Assembly (NCBI GenBank): GCA_951406725.2
Contig: OX597814.1
Span: 153,264,001-153,328,000, forward strand
Direction: 5' to 3'
Length of the DNA stretch: 64,000 bases
DNA from: Octopus vulgaris
Lineage: Eukaryota
Shown here: piece after piece, positions 41,923 through 55,257 of the stretch
Numbering within the stretch: position 1 is the first letter of the stretch
Layout of the letters: each line of letters begins with the position of its first letter
Position numbers and translations under genes: made by a program
The notes under the pieces: model-generated
What the model was told of the DNA's origin: nothing
The model's database searches: none
The model's input: only the letters and a program-made list of their open reading frames with translations

Positions 41923-42318
41923 AGGTGCAGGCATGGCTGTGTGGTTAAGAAGCTTGCTTTTACAAATAAATGGCTTCAGGTTCAGTTCCACTTCACAGCA
42001 CCATGGGCAGGTGTCTTCTACAATACAAGGCTTGACCAATACCTTGTGAATCAATTTGGTAGACAGAAACCTGTGTGGAGGTCTATTGTGTGTGTGTGTG
42101 TGCTTGTATGTTTGTTTGTCTCCACCATTACTTGACAACCAGTGTTGGTTTGTTTATGTCCCTGTAACTCAGCAGATTGGCAAAAAAGAGACCCATGGAA
42201 TGAGTACCAGGCTTAAAAAAAAAAAATACGGGATGATTTGTTCACTAAAACCCATCAAGAAGGTGCCCCAGTAGGGCCACAGTCCAATGATTGAACCATA
42301 TAAAAGATAAAAAAGATA
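41923..42318 (+). mobile_element. Full-length family-A SINE
   Basis: GGTGCAGGCATGGCTGTGTGGTTAAG (A box), GGTTCAGTTCC (B box), CCATGGGCAGGTGTCTT, internal (TG)n, tail AAAAGATAAAAAAGATA. Confidence 0.9.
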
Positions 42319-43223
42319 ACCTCCAGCTAACAGTTCTAGCAGAACAACACAGACTTTATAATAATTAAATCATGTCAGTTGCTGTTGTAGTTCCATCAGA
42401 AATATCAACGATAACAATAAGGTGAGACTAGAGGGAAATTTACATTTCAAACAGGCTGAGTGACCACACTGAAGCTCCCTTGTTGGCAAGAACTGATTGT
42501 ATAAACACTAAAGTGATTAATAAAATAGAGAGAGAGAGAAAAAAAAATGATTGGTTGGATATGTTTATTAGAGAGAGGATATTAAAATTTGAAGTTTTAA
42601 AAGATGCAAGTTCAATTTAAATTGATACCAGAGATTTGACTTTGTCAGCCAGTCAGTCATTTGCAATGAAGGAAAGGGAGGTAGAGGAAATACTATTAAA
42701 TGAAATGATTCCAACCAAAATGTCTCACTAATCACATGTTGGCATGCAGCAAAAGTTCTAAGGGAGTTGTAATTTCTAAACATTTCATTTTGTGGAGAAT
42801 ATTCATTAAACAGAGCCTTTATCAAATACCAAATTAGCCAAACAGTAGCACAGAGATTGTGAATAAAACCACTGACTGGAAACCAAAGTGTTGTTAAGCT
42901 GCTGTTCAAAGATCAGTTTACTTGTTCTCTGAAAACAAATTTACACATTGGAAATTTATAGAAAACTAGAGTCAGCAGGTGAAGCTATTGTTTAAGCAGA
43001 GTATCTCTGTTGAATTTTCAATGGTTCTTCAAAAAGGCTTTTATTATGGAAGGGAAAAGGAGGATCAACTTGGCATATTGTGGCAATAGTTCTCTGAATT
43101 TTTATAATGTCATTATTAGATATCTAATGTGTTCAAGAAAGTTTAGCAGTGAGAATTTTTACACTATCTAGGATAATACAAAGTAATTTATTGCAAAGTT
43201 TCTTTGTGATATGTGCGTGTGTG

Positions 43224-43225
<2 letters not shown>

Positions 43226-43265
<40 letters not shown>
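43226..43265. repeat. (GA)n microsatellite (others: (TA)n 10287-10322, (CA)n 55054-55075)
   Basis: Direct reading. Confidence 0.95.
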
Positions 43266-43267
<2 letters not shown>

Positions 43268-45855
43268 TTCAATACCGCTGTGATGGCCTTAAAAGTTTTG
43301 AAGTCAAATAGACAGGATAACCAGTCTATAGGGAAGAGTGAGAAGCCTAACGTTAGAATTTGTCAAGAAACAGAGGTTCCTATTCAGACTTGGACTTGTA
43401 TTTTTCTCATTTTCTTTACATGTAATATTCCTATAAAATCTAACTACATAACCGTTATTCACAGATATTGGAGAAGATTCAAACACTATTTGCTCTTAAA
43501 TCATTCATCTACTTCTAGCAGACATCATCTAAAAGTAATATTCAAATTACTTCAAACCTGGTTAGTTTCACTGCATAAAAATTACCTTATGGTTTGCTGT
43601 GAGATCTAAATTTTTTTTATATATTACAACCTATAGAAGGCCTACTTGAAGAGTAAAATGGTAAATTATCTACTTTTTTTAACCACTTAAATTCAAACTT
43701 TGCCTTTTTTTTACAGTAAAAAAAGAAAAGAAAGCAAAACGATTTGGTGGGAGGGGGTATTAAAACTCATCTTATCTTCTTCAGATTAACTCTATAAATA
43801 TTTGTATTATTTAAGTAGAAGATTACAAACCTTACAAAGAATGGATTTTTAATGAGAAATATAAAAATAGAGAGAGAAGGAAGACTACCGAAACTTCTAA
43901 CTGTGCAATAACATGATAAAAATGCAGCCAGTTTTTCAAAATGTAATCAGCATTGATAAAGGGAAGCAAGCAGCTATAAAAGTTCCTTGAGAAATAAACT
44001 CTTCCATTTAATACAAGCAGAGAATAATGAAATTGAAGAGAGGGAGCTTTTGCAGTTATGATAGCAGTAGTAGTGGTAATGGTGGTGGTCACACAATGAT
44101 TGGAATAACAATGATAACAGGCTAAACAGTACAATTTCAAAAAGCAATTAAGCACAAAAGATTTCCCTACTACATTATTATAATTCCACAATGAAATTCT
44201 AGTAGCTTGACAGTTTGCTTTTCTTGGGTTAACAGAAAATCTATTATATATGTTCAGTACATGAACCAAGAAATTGCTGAATTAAAATAAGTTAAAAGGG
44301 GTCACACAATACTTTCAGGGGTGACTAATAACTTTGTTTTACACTCGTTGCCCAAGAATTCATGTTATACATAAAGAGTGTTAGTCATCCGGTCTTTTAA
44401 TAACCTTGAGAGGTATCAATGCCCATCTAGGTAGCCAAGGAGAGCAATGTTATGTATTTTGAGTTAAATGCCACTACAGAAAAATCACATTCTCAATCTA
44501 CATAAACCATTTAAAGAAAACAAAAAAAAAAAAACCCATGTCTTTGGATATTCTGAATGTTCAAGAATATATACCAAATTACTTTTCCAAGAATGAATAA
44601 AATTATTTCTATTTTGCTCCTTCCTTGGAGCTGCAATTTCTCAAGCTCTGTGCAGACACAAGTGCATGCATACATGCACACACACACACACAAACATACA
44701 TTAAACAGTATTTCACAAACACATTTTTTCAGCTATCTCTGCAACCTGAAATAATCTCGTTAACTAATACCTTATTTTGCAAGAGCATAAAAAAAGGTGA
44801 AGACATTGGCCATTCTTTTCAGGCTCAGGAGAGTTTAAGCTCATGTGGATAGATCAAAACTAGCATACACTTATTTGTATGCCCGAACTTATGAGAATAG
44901 TGAAGTATTGAATAACTGTCAGTATTTAACAACTGACAAAACCCAGAAAGAAACTTTGAATGACTGACTAACAATACTTGGTTATTTATTACTCATTATA
45001 TAACAACAATGAATCAGCGCAGTATATATTTTGGTAGATTACTAAATAGAGAAACCAAGCACTAATAAATAACCTGAAATTAATAATAAACCAAGTTGTA
45101 CAACAGATAATCTTTTAACATATCAAAAGTAATATATTTGAGTATATTAATATTGATAATGAAAACAAAAGAACTAATCTTTTTATATCAAAATATTAAG
45201 TGCACTAATTTAATGAAGACAAATCTTAGTTATTTTATTATTATTATTTGAGATCTCAGTGGGAAACTGAATATGAATCTCTCTCTCTCTCTCTCTCTCT
45301 ACCATGCACATACATTTATTTCTTAGTTCCTTTGTTGTTGGATAAACAATTCAATATCATGAGTGCAGTGTATTGCCCATAGCTTTCCTGAGTTTGATAC
45401 TTTTATATACATGGTTCTAAATATACTAATAATTACATTCAGTGTGGTGAGCATCTAGTTACATTCTTCATGAAGTGAAGTAATATTTTCCTTCTGGATT
45501 CTCTCCAACTCACTCTCATATCATTAATGACTGCAAGGAATGCATAATCAATATCACGACCCTTTCTTCCATTCCTTGTAAATCAGACACCTTATATAGA
45601 AGTACAAATATTGTTTATATTTAGTCATTGTTCATATTTAACTTTTAACAGGAGAAAAGAGGATTTTCTGTTTGACAGTACTTCTTTCTATTTTCTATCT
45701 TTTACACAGGAGAGAAGGCAATGCCCATGATTCTTCCTCCTTTTCTACTGGCGGGAGAAAGGGAAGAAGGTATCTTCAAACAGGGGTCCTGGCCCAAATG
45801 CATACAACAAAGTAAGCTCCTCTAAAGGTTTTCTGGTACCATGTCATAATCTTAA

Positions 45856-46073
45856 CCCTTTAGCACTCAGATTTCTTTGTCAAATTTATTGCTTATCTAT
45901 TCACATTGTTCCAAATTAGTCACACATTATTTTGTAGCTTCAAGATTTCAATTGTGTTTGTATAGTTTTAGAATGATACTGTTGCATAGGTGTGAGAGGT
46001 TCAATCTGGTCTGTTTTAACATAAAACAGGTAGAAAACTGGGACTGGGTATAGCTGAATTAAATGCCAAAAGT
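45856..46073. mobile_element. Old piggyBac-type MITE, second family
   Basis: TTAA|CCCTTTAGCACT ... AATGCCAAAAGT|TTAA, about 220 bp; partial homologue at about 13822-13972 (CCCTTTAGCATTC...TTTAGAATGA...TAGGTGTGA). Confidence 0.6.
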
Positions 46074-47994
46074 TTAAACCAAATGACAGATGAAGCCTAC
46101 CACTCAAGTAAGCTATATGTCATCATCATCATTTATTTGTAGGATGGTTTGACAGGAGCTGGCTGGCTGGATACCCTTCCTAACATCAATCACTTTACAG
46201 AATGTACCGGGTGCTTTTTCTACATGGCACAAGCATGGGAGCTTTTCATGAGGCACCAGCACCTGTGAGCTCACAATATCAAAATATATCAATAATATTT
46301 CACAAGTTAGAGTATATTCAGAGTTTAGTAGATTTGATTAAATATTTCCTCACTTCTATCAACAGGTCATTATTTTTGTAAGATGTGTCTTCAGGTTTAT
46401 AGATAACAAAATTAAGTACGAAATCTTCATCACAAAATGTTTCATATCCTCTGCTATAAAATAGAATTGTGGACACTAACTTCAGTGGTTGTTTGTTCCT
46501 AAAGAGAAATCTAGTGAGCTAATCTACAATTTATAGAAATTTAGAAAGTGCTATACAAGTGCATTTTCTTTTTTTAAAAACTCTGTCATCATGATTTATC
46601 AATCAAACCTTACTCTGGAATTTGCAGTGTATGCACACATGAATGTGTTATTTTTACATCCATTTTTCCATGCTAGTATGGTTTGGATGGAACCTTTTGA
46701 GGTAGAGTTTTTACGCTTGATGCCTTTCCTGACGTGAAGCTTTTTAGCTGCCTTTTATATAACATTCAGAAACAAATATATGTTGATGATATTACATATA
46801 AAAACAAACTGAACTGCTTAAGCAGAATTTGATTCTATTACAAGACATGCACCTGTGACAATACGTTATAAATTTCATACTTGTCTATACATAAATTGAT
46901 TTGTTAGTAAAAGGGTTAAAAAAATCCATTTTATTTCTGATAAAAAAAAAAGGTAAAACAAAGAGAAAAATAACCCATGATCTCTGAAGGCAAACAATCC
47001 AGTGGTGAAGCCGTTATTAAATATGCTTCAGCATATTTAATAATATGAGAATAGTGGTACTGGGAAAGAGCTTTTGTGTTGGAAAAATTAGTGACAGTGC
47101 CGGTGGGAAAAAAACAAAAAAAAAACAAACAAACTATAAATTACAGGAGGGCAAAACATGTTCGGAATATACTGTCTCCTGATATGAGAAATTAGAGAAA
47201 GATTTAAACACTTGGACATGTAAACTATGTGTGGATGAACTTGTGCATATGCTATGCCTCCACCACTATTTCAGCTCTCCCTGGATACATGTAAAATAAT
47301 ATAACTCAATAGTTCCATTTTTCAGTAAGGCAATGTACCAGATTCATCAACAGACATGGGCTGTCAGTTTTATGTAACTAGAACTAGGCTGGATATTGTC
47401 ATACAATGAGTGAAAGACATGTGAAAAGTATTCTAGGTGAAATAGTGATGAAGTCTTTTTTTTTTTATATAAAAAAGTAGTATTGCCAATGTGATAGATG
47501 GCACAGAGGATGAATTGTTAAATGAAAAGCTTTTAGAGCAAAAGAATAAACACATACCCAACTTAGATGAGAGTTTAACTAACAAACTGGGTTTGTTTCA
47601 CTTAAATGAATTTATTACTATGTGTTTGCTTTGATGGTTATGAAATGATATGGACTTTTTAATATTTTTCCATGAGCAGACATGTTTTCATGGAAGGCTG
47701 GACAAGTACAACACTATTTTGTTTGACAGTGACATTTACAATTATTATGTAATATCAAGACAAGGAGACAATAGCACAAATACACACATACATATCTACA
47801 CATGCATGCACGTATGCGTACACACACACACACTCCAAGTGTGCAAAACTCATGCAGTTCTCTATAGGCTCACTGTAAGCCTATTTGCTGCTAAATGCTG
47901 CAAATATTGTCAATTCATTAGGAGCAGAAAATTAAAAACACTGGTTTATCTCTATGTTCTGGGCATAATGGTCCCTTTAAAATATATATATATA

Positions 47995-48495
47995 TCATCA
48001 TCATCATCATCATTTAGCGTCCGTTTTCCATGCTAGCATGGGTTGGACGGTTCAACTGGGGTCTGGGGAGCCCGAAGGCTGCACCAGGCCAGTCAGATCT
48101 GGCAGTGTTTCTACAGCTGGATGCCCTTCCTAACGCCAACCACTCCGAGAGTGTAGTGGGTGATTTTATGTGCCACCGACACAGGTGCCAGACGAGGCTG
48201 GCGAACGGCCACGCTCGGATGGTGTTTTTATGTGCCACCGACACAGGTGCCAGACGAGGCTGGCAGACGGCCACGCTCGGATGGTGTTTTTATGTGCCAC
48301 CGACACAGGTGCCAGATGAGGCTGGCGGACGGCCACGATCGGATGGTGTTTGTTACGTCCCCAAAGCACGGAGGCCAGTCTATGCGGTACTGGCTACGGC
48401 CACGTTCGGATGATTTTCTTGTGTGCCACCGGCACTGGTCCACAAAGATACAAATTCCATTGATGTTCATCTATTTTGATTTGTTTTGATTTGAT
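47995..48495 (-). mobile_element. Young RTE 3' UTR copy with a 62-bp x3 (plus one degenerate) tandem repeat
   Basis: (ATC)n tail; TTTCTACAGCTGGATGCCCTTCCTAA; TATGTGCCACCGAC at 48167, 48229 and 48291; CpG rich; sits in a (TA)n tract. Confidence 0.9.
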
Positions 48496-49729
48496 TATAT
48501 ATATATATATATTTGCTGTGCACAGAAATTTGAGTGCAAATTTTGTCTTTCTTAGCAAAGTATACACAAGTAACCATCTTCAATAAAAAAAAAGAAAAGA
48601 AATTGATTTCATCTTAAAGACCTTGTCTGCAGTGTTTCTTATTAAGTTGTGCAGTAAAATCTTAGCAGTCAATTCACTACTTATTGATGTAACTAAATCC
48701 CCCCTCACCTGTACGCCACAAAAAATAAACTTACTAACAGGCTTATGTTTAATTTATATATTTCTAATTAAAAAGCAGATGCAAAAAAATCTTTTGTTAC
48801 ATTAAAAGATCTATGAGAAAAAAAACAAAAAAACAAAACTGAAGTAGTTTCCTTTTAGACTAATGCAACAATAATTCTAATAGTTATATTCAAATTGTCT
48901 TCTTTGGTTCTCTTGTACTTGATCATATTGTTAAATTGGATTTATGAGAGTAACTGTAGAACAGCAATTGCTAAAACTATATTCTTCCAGATTCTTTCAT
49001 TTGAAAAAAATTCAACAATTTAAATTCTAGCTCAGTTTCAACTTTACATAAATGGTTTCAGGGTTAGTTACATTTTAACTGCAAGATAAAACCTGTCCAT
49101 TGCATATTGAATGTAAAGGGTTATTTACATTAAGATTGCTTGGTGAAAAAAAGAAGGGGAAAAAATGAAAAACAAAAAAAAAGTTGAAAAGTCAAAGTAA
49201 CAAAAACGAAATGGTTTATAAAATTGAACGATGCAAAGAAAAATACCCAATAAAATTCAACAATAAATTTCAAAAAAACTGTTTTAACTGAAAAAGCAAA
49301 TATAATTCAGAGAGAAAAATTTACTTTAAAACAATGACTTCAGTATATTCAAATAGAAAGAACAAAAACAAAAAAAACAAATGAAATAATGTACACAACA
49401 AATACACATACACAAGTATAAACACCATGTGTACATACATGCGTATACACTAGCATACACAGTATAATGTAAAGCTGAAGTTCTTGCAGGTTTCGATTTT
49501 GGAATTATATTTTCAAATGTGAATGAAATAAATATCCAAGTTATAGCTGTAAAGTCATCTTGAACAGAGATGTCAGCTTTAAATAGTCTCCTTTATGTTC
49601 TTAATGTGTAGCTCACAACTTATGAGGTTATACAAGGAGAACAGGGTTGTTGTTTAGTGCCAGATCACCCCTGAAGCAGACCTATAATAAAAGACAGGTT
49701 AGGTGCAACCATACCATTTTTTTTAAGTA

Positions 49730-50233
49730 CCTTAAATCCTCGAGTATAGTCTGCCCTTGAGTATAATCTGCAGGGGATTTTTAGGGGGCTGTACCTCTGA
49801 AAAACCTAAACCTTGTGTATAATATGCATCCCTTCTCTAACTTGAGTCAAGGAGGTCTATATAAAGTCCTTGGTTTGTAAAAATGTATATGGTAACGTCC
49901 TTTATTATTATTATTGTATATATAACATAATGCAAACATGTAGCTTTTTTGTGCATTTTGTTTGCAGAAAATAACAGTAATAACGTTTAATAAATGTTGC
50001 TTACTGCATGTTATGGATGATTCTTTTATGACTTCATTGCTTTCAGGATTAGCTTAAGGTATTTTTGCACCCCGACATCACAAAATATGTCTGAATAAAC
50101 ATTGCCGGACAGCAGAGACTCGGACATTGCTTAGAAAATAATTTTCATTTTAAACCTTGTGTATAATATGCACTAGGGTTTCTGACCTTTAAATTTTGAG
50201 AAAAAAATGTGGATTATACTCAAAGATTTACGG
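49730..50233. mobile_element. Non-autonomous Tc2/pogo-type element (504 bp)
   Basis: TA|CCTTAAATCCTCGAGTATAGTC ... GATTATACTCAAAGATTTACGG|TA; internal direct repeat AAACCTTGTGTATAATATGCA at about 49808 and 50152; splits an older repeat. Confidence 0.85.
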
Positions 50234-50479
50234 TACTTATTTTGAAAAAATGCATCTCAGTCTGCATTATGCAATGTGTCCTTCCAGTTTTAAAACAATA
50301 GGGTGTGATTTGAAGGCTGCTGTTTACAACAGGTCAAATGACCATTTAGAAGAAATGGTCAGTAAACTGGAGGCTAGCTGTTTGTATATTTCAAGACTCT
50401 CAAGAAAGAATTTTGGGGAAAAAGTACAATTATTTTGTTGTTTGTCAACATCAACCAATTTGTTTGGTAACTAAAAGCA

Positions 50480-51950
50480 ACAAACTGCACACTGTGGGCA
50501 AATCATTGGTGATGCCCATAGAGAGTATCTGTGATACATAAAAATGCAAGTGATGTGCTGAAACATTCCTTTATCCTTTAGGCGCCAAAAATCATCAAAA
50601 GTCAAATCAATGAACTGGCAAACAATGTAAAAAGTCTGTTAATTGAAGATCATGAACTGGAATTTTCAATACAGCTGACTGAATTTAGTGTCAATAACAA
50701 AAGTTACATTACTAATAGTGTACATCAGATATTTGGATATTAGAGGGCATTTCAAGAAGAAATGTTCTTTATCAAAAATAAAAAATAAAAATGTAAGAGA
50801 ATAGATACAACAGGTGAGTCTCCTATTGGTTCAATACAATTTTTTTTTTACTACAAACAATATTCCCCTTGATAACATATTCTTTGCACAACTGATGGAG
50901 CTCTCAATATAATTGTTTGGTATCAAAGCTTCGTAACAAATTAAAAAAAAAAAAATGAAGTTCCAAATCCATAGTGATTTACTTCATCGTTGAAAAATTA
51001 GGAAAAATGTTTAAAATTTACTCCTCCACTCTGAAGAATGATGGCATTTCAAAGGCTGCACCAATTTATGCACTGACATTTCTCATTAAAGTGAGAGTAT
51101 AGATTCAAAGGCAAATTATTTGGCAGGTTCAAAAATTTATATTTTGTACCTAGCAAGATCCCCATTTTTAATGATGTTAATATGCAGCTTCAGGGAAGGA
51201 ATGCAATGCATTGATGCTACATGTTTTATTTTTAATGAGAAAATGCAACATATTGTCACCATGCCCAATGTTTCATTGGGAATGGTAGAGGAATTATTAG
51301 ACAGTGATTATATGCATTTTGGCAAACATTTGAAATTTATTTCAGATGATTTGGAATCATGGTGTGAGGATATCATTAACATAGATGTACCCAGCTGGAT
51401 TTCTGATCCCTTCGGTATTGATATGGATTAGCTGAAGGATTCATTCTCATGTGACATAATTCTGAAGCAAAAATGACACACAGGATTATGCTGTCATCAA
51501 GACAAACAAGGACATTGGTGCTAGATATCCAAATTTTCAATTGAATATTGAATTCCTACTTCTTTCCTTTCTCCACTCAATATCGTTGAAAGGGAATCCT
51601 CCATGAAGAATTATACACTGACAAAATCATGAAATTGTCTCAATATTGTGGAATGAGGAGATATCTTAAACACAATCTTTGCCAAATGTCGTGTCTCTTG
51701 CTAAAAAGCATTAAACTCAAAGAACACACGATGTAACATTTATTACCTGACGTAATATCAGGTTTATGTGCATAGTCTTTGTTCTTTTTTTCATGCATTA
51801 ATAACAAGGTCCACAAATGAACATCCATAGAAAGGAGGTGATTTTGTTGCTCTTGTATTTTAATTCCAGAGTTTGGGACAAAACTTGGATGTCTAATTAA
51901 TTAAACTTTATAGGGGTTCCTTTACCAACTTACCAGTAAAGGAACTTCTG
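50480..51950 (+). mobile_element. Degenerate Buster/Charlie-type hAT transposon remnant
   Basis: Fragments QINELANNV, FSIQLTE, YIRY...QEEMFF, DTTGES, CTTDGA, LLHSE..W..KG, WISDPF and STQYLVER occur in the order of the ZBED5/SCAND3-type transposase motifs FSIQLDES, TDGA, LLHTEVRWLSKG and SYLVERGFS. Confidence 0.8.
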
Positions 51951-53769
51951 TATCAGTGCAGGATATGTGAAAATGATACAGTTAGTACTGAGTCAGTGAA
52001 AGAAGCAATCTTTGGAATGAAAGATTATACATAGTATTAATACTTTCATTCCAACAATGATCATTCAATCTTTTTCTAGGAGCAATATACCCTGGAATGC
52101 ATTATCCAATGTGTCGTTTTTTTCTAAGACAACAGAGTATAATGTAAGGAATATTTGGTTGAGTTATAGCAAGTTGGATTCTTCTTGAATGGTTTAATTC
52201 ATATGATGTGGCATCAAGAGACAGACATCAACATGTGTTGATGTATTAGATAGAATCAGTGAAACTCCTTGATCCAGAGGACTGGCTGGGTGTAACCCAA
52301 CGGAAGAATTTCACATGAAGGTTAACATAATGTATTATTATTAGATGCAATTATGAAAGCAACACATATTGTTGATGGGAAATAGTATCATTCTATCAGA
52401 AGATGAGACTGTCTGGGATTGATCTCCTACAATAAAAAAAGTATTTGAGGAGTCGGGACAGAGTAAAAGCAACGATGTTTGTGGAAGAGGTGTTGCCAAA
52501 GTTTGCCTGAGTTTAATTAAAAAGGAAAGAAAATTAAGCTAGATTTAGTAGATATGTGCTTGTAAAAGACTACAATCCATGGCTGCAATAAAGAATGCTC
52601 TATGGTATTTGTCCTGTCAGATTTGCAGAAAAAGGTTTCTTTTCACTCTTGCCGTCATGAATGCAGTGAACCTGTGCTTGGCCCACTGTAAACCCGTAAC
52701 CAACTATTGTTCACAAAATAGGTGAGTTATGACTTCTATTTTATTAAAGCTCAATACATTGCAAGTATGACATCATTGAATAAACACAGATAGCTGGGAA
52801 TATAGATGGATATAGCAAACATGTTTTTTTCTTTTATATTCCTGTGATCCCAAGGTTAGCCAGTGGAGACTTGTTAAAAATCTGAACACTTTGTTGAGTT
52901 AGAGAAGTAGACATAATAGTACAGTTTTGCATTTTGACATACATGTGTGTGTTGAGTAAGTCAAATCTGAACTGTAGTTCATACTGAAGTCTGCCCTGGT
53001 TGAGCAGGCCTATAATCAAAGGTAGTCCAGCTGTGATTAACTTGTCTTTTTGTCCAGCTATTATAAAATTCATTGACATTTATTGGCGTGTTAATTTTTT
53101 TAAGGTGGTAGGCTGTGATTTGAGAGATTTAGCTGTTATTAAGAAATTGAATAGAAGCTCACTGATCTGTTTGAATTGGTAGGATAGGCAATAACATTTT
53201 TGAAAATTTCAGGTGATGGAGAAATAATAGTTTATAGGAGGCACTTATGGAATTGGGGTGAGGGAACAGAAAAAAAAGAGAGAGATTGGGAGGTGTAGGC
53301 AGAATTTACACTGAATTTGAATTGTTTTGAATTTTAAATCTTTGATGCACAAATGGCACCTTATTATAGTTCTGAAATGTAGAATGAGATTGATAGGAAT
53401 ACAAGTGCTAGGTTCAGGAAACAAGATCTGGAGGTTATTATCTAATGTCATTCTTAGTGTTAAGAAGCAAAAGGATCTAATTTGTAGTTTAAGCAGGGAA
53501 AGCTGGAATGCTGATGGGAAAAAGATATCATTTGTGGAAGTGCTAGGAAAGGAATTAGAGACAAATCAGCAAAAATAACCATTCTTTGTTCCCCTACCCC
53601 ACACTCACACAACAGAGTTGCTGTTGAGGACATTAGATTTCAAGCAACCAACATATAAATTGGACCAATTATAGTATTTTGTTGGCATGTAGGCAGTGTA
53701 ATGAGACAATTTCAGACAGAACTGACTGGGCTTTTCATTGTTTGAAGTTATTATTAATACTATACAACA

Positions 53770-53990
53770 AGGCAATGACATGGCAGGATTGTTAATATGA
53801 CAGGCAAAATGCTTAGTGGATTTCTTCCAGCTCTTTATGTTTTATGTTCAAATACCACTGACACAGAAGTGAACTTATCTTTCCATCCTTTCAGGGTTGA
53901 TAAAATAAAGTACCAGCCGGGTACTGAAAGTTGATGTAATTGACTAACCTCTACTTACATTGCTAACCTTGTGCCAAAATGTTAAACCAT
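53770..53990 (+). mobile_element. Older family-B SINE
   Basis: TGGCAGGATTGTTA..GCAAAATGCTTAG..GTTCAAATACC..TTCCATCCTTTCAGGGTTGATAAAATAAAGTACCAG; similar copy at about 31600-31800. Confidence 0.75.
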
Positions 53991-55257
53991 TATTAATACT
54001 GCAACAATATGATTCTAAGTTAACTAGTTGAATTATTATGATTAGTAGTTTACTTCTAAATAGTATGAAGATGGGACAGATCTCAACAGACTAAAACTTA
54101 TAGAATCCCTTAGTATTTTTTCCTTAAAAAAAACGATCTTCTTACATGGCTGCTTAGCTGACTAGGGAATCTTGCTCAAATTATATCCACTGTCAGAAAA
54201 TGGGATGGCCATCATTGGAATGCTTTTGAATAAAGGTCTACATGATAGAAGCTGATCTGAAGTCCAACAATAACTACAATAAAAGACTTTATTAAAGAGT
54301 CAGCTTCTAATGATGTAGTTTGCTAAGCTCTGAGAATCCATGAACTAAAATAGAACATAAATTGAAGCCATATCATAGCATTACCAAAGACATCTGTTCA
54401 CAATAAAAAGCACATTTACACTGAATGTAATAGAAAAATCTTAACTTCTATACCAAGCCTATGATAATCTAATTTCGCAATTCTAAAGAAAAATTCTTAC
54501 AAATCCATTAAGGAGTGACTGATTTAGTTTGGAAAAGAAAAAAGTCTTTGCCATGCATTCATTAACATATTAGAAATTGACAGATTAGGAAAACTGAACT
54601 ACAACAGTAAACTGGAATAATACTTTTGATATAAATCCAGACATTTTAACAGCCAAAGACACACACACACACTTTCTCGCTCTTTCTAGAAGAGTAAAAA
54701 CAATTTTTTTTTTTACTTGGCAATTCTAACGATGCTAAAGAAACTTAGAGATACTTGGTCTGTTAAATGAAACAAAGAAAGAAAGTGGTGTCGGCAATAA
54801 AATATATCAGATATTTGTAGCCATGTTCTAATTAAGTAGAATGTAACCATTGCAAATGCTTTTAAATATTTCTTTTAAAAACAATAAGCAATTTGAAGTT
54901 GAGAATAAAAACTTAAAAACATTGAATTTTTTATTGAATAAAATTCTAAAAATTTATTGTTTAGTTTGGTAGAAACAAAACAAACAAAAAAATACACACT
55001 GCTCTAAGAAAAGGAGGATTGTTGAAAGAGCTCTTCCCATAAAATTAAAATGCACACACACACACACACACACACAGAGAGAACAGCACCAGTATAGGAT
55101 AGAAAAATGAAAGTCTTAAGTGTTCAAAGAAGTACTCAATACCTGTGTTGGGTAGAGTGGATGTATCTATTTATTAACAAATGGCCCAACAAGAAGCTCA
55201 GTGCATTTTCACAGGTCTAGCAATAATAGTCAAACTCATTGCATCAGAGGAAAATTA

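Noticed and set aside
43211-44269. 132-aa and 145-aa ORFs
   Set aside because: Low-complexity, microsatellite-derived translations with nothing recognisable.
44292-44400. Loose inverted repeat GGTGACTAATAAC...GTGTTAGTCATCC
   Set aside because: Too degenerate to call as a MITE or an RNA structure.
47650-48489. Stack of overlapping 67-128 aa ORFs
   Set aside because: By-product of a GC-rich RTE 3' UTR tandem repeat; the same pseudo-peptide QSDLAVFLQLDALPNANHS recurs at other copies.
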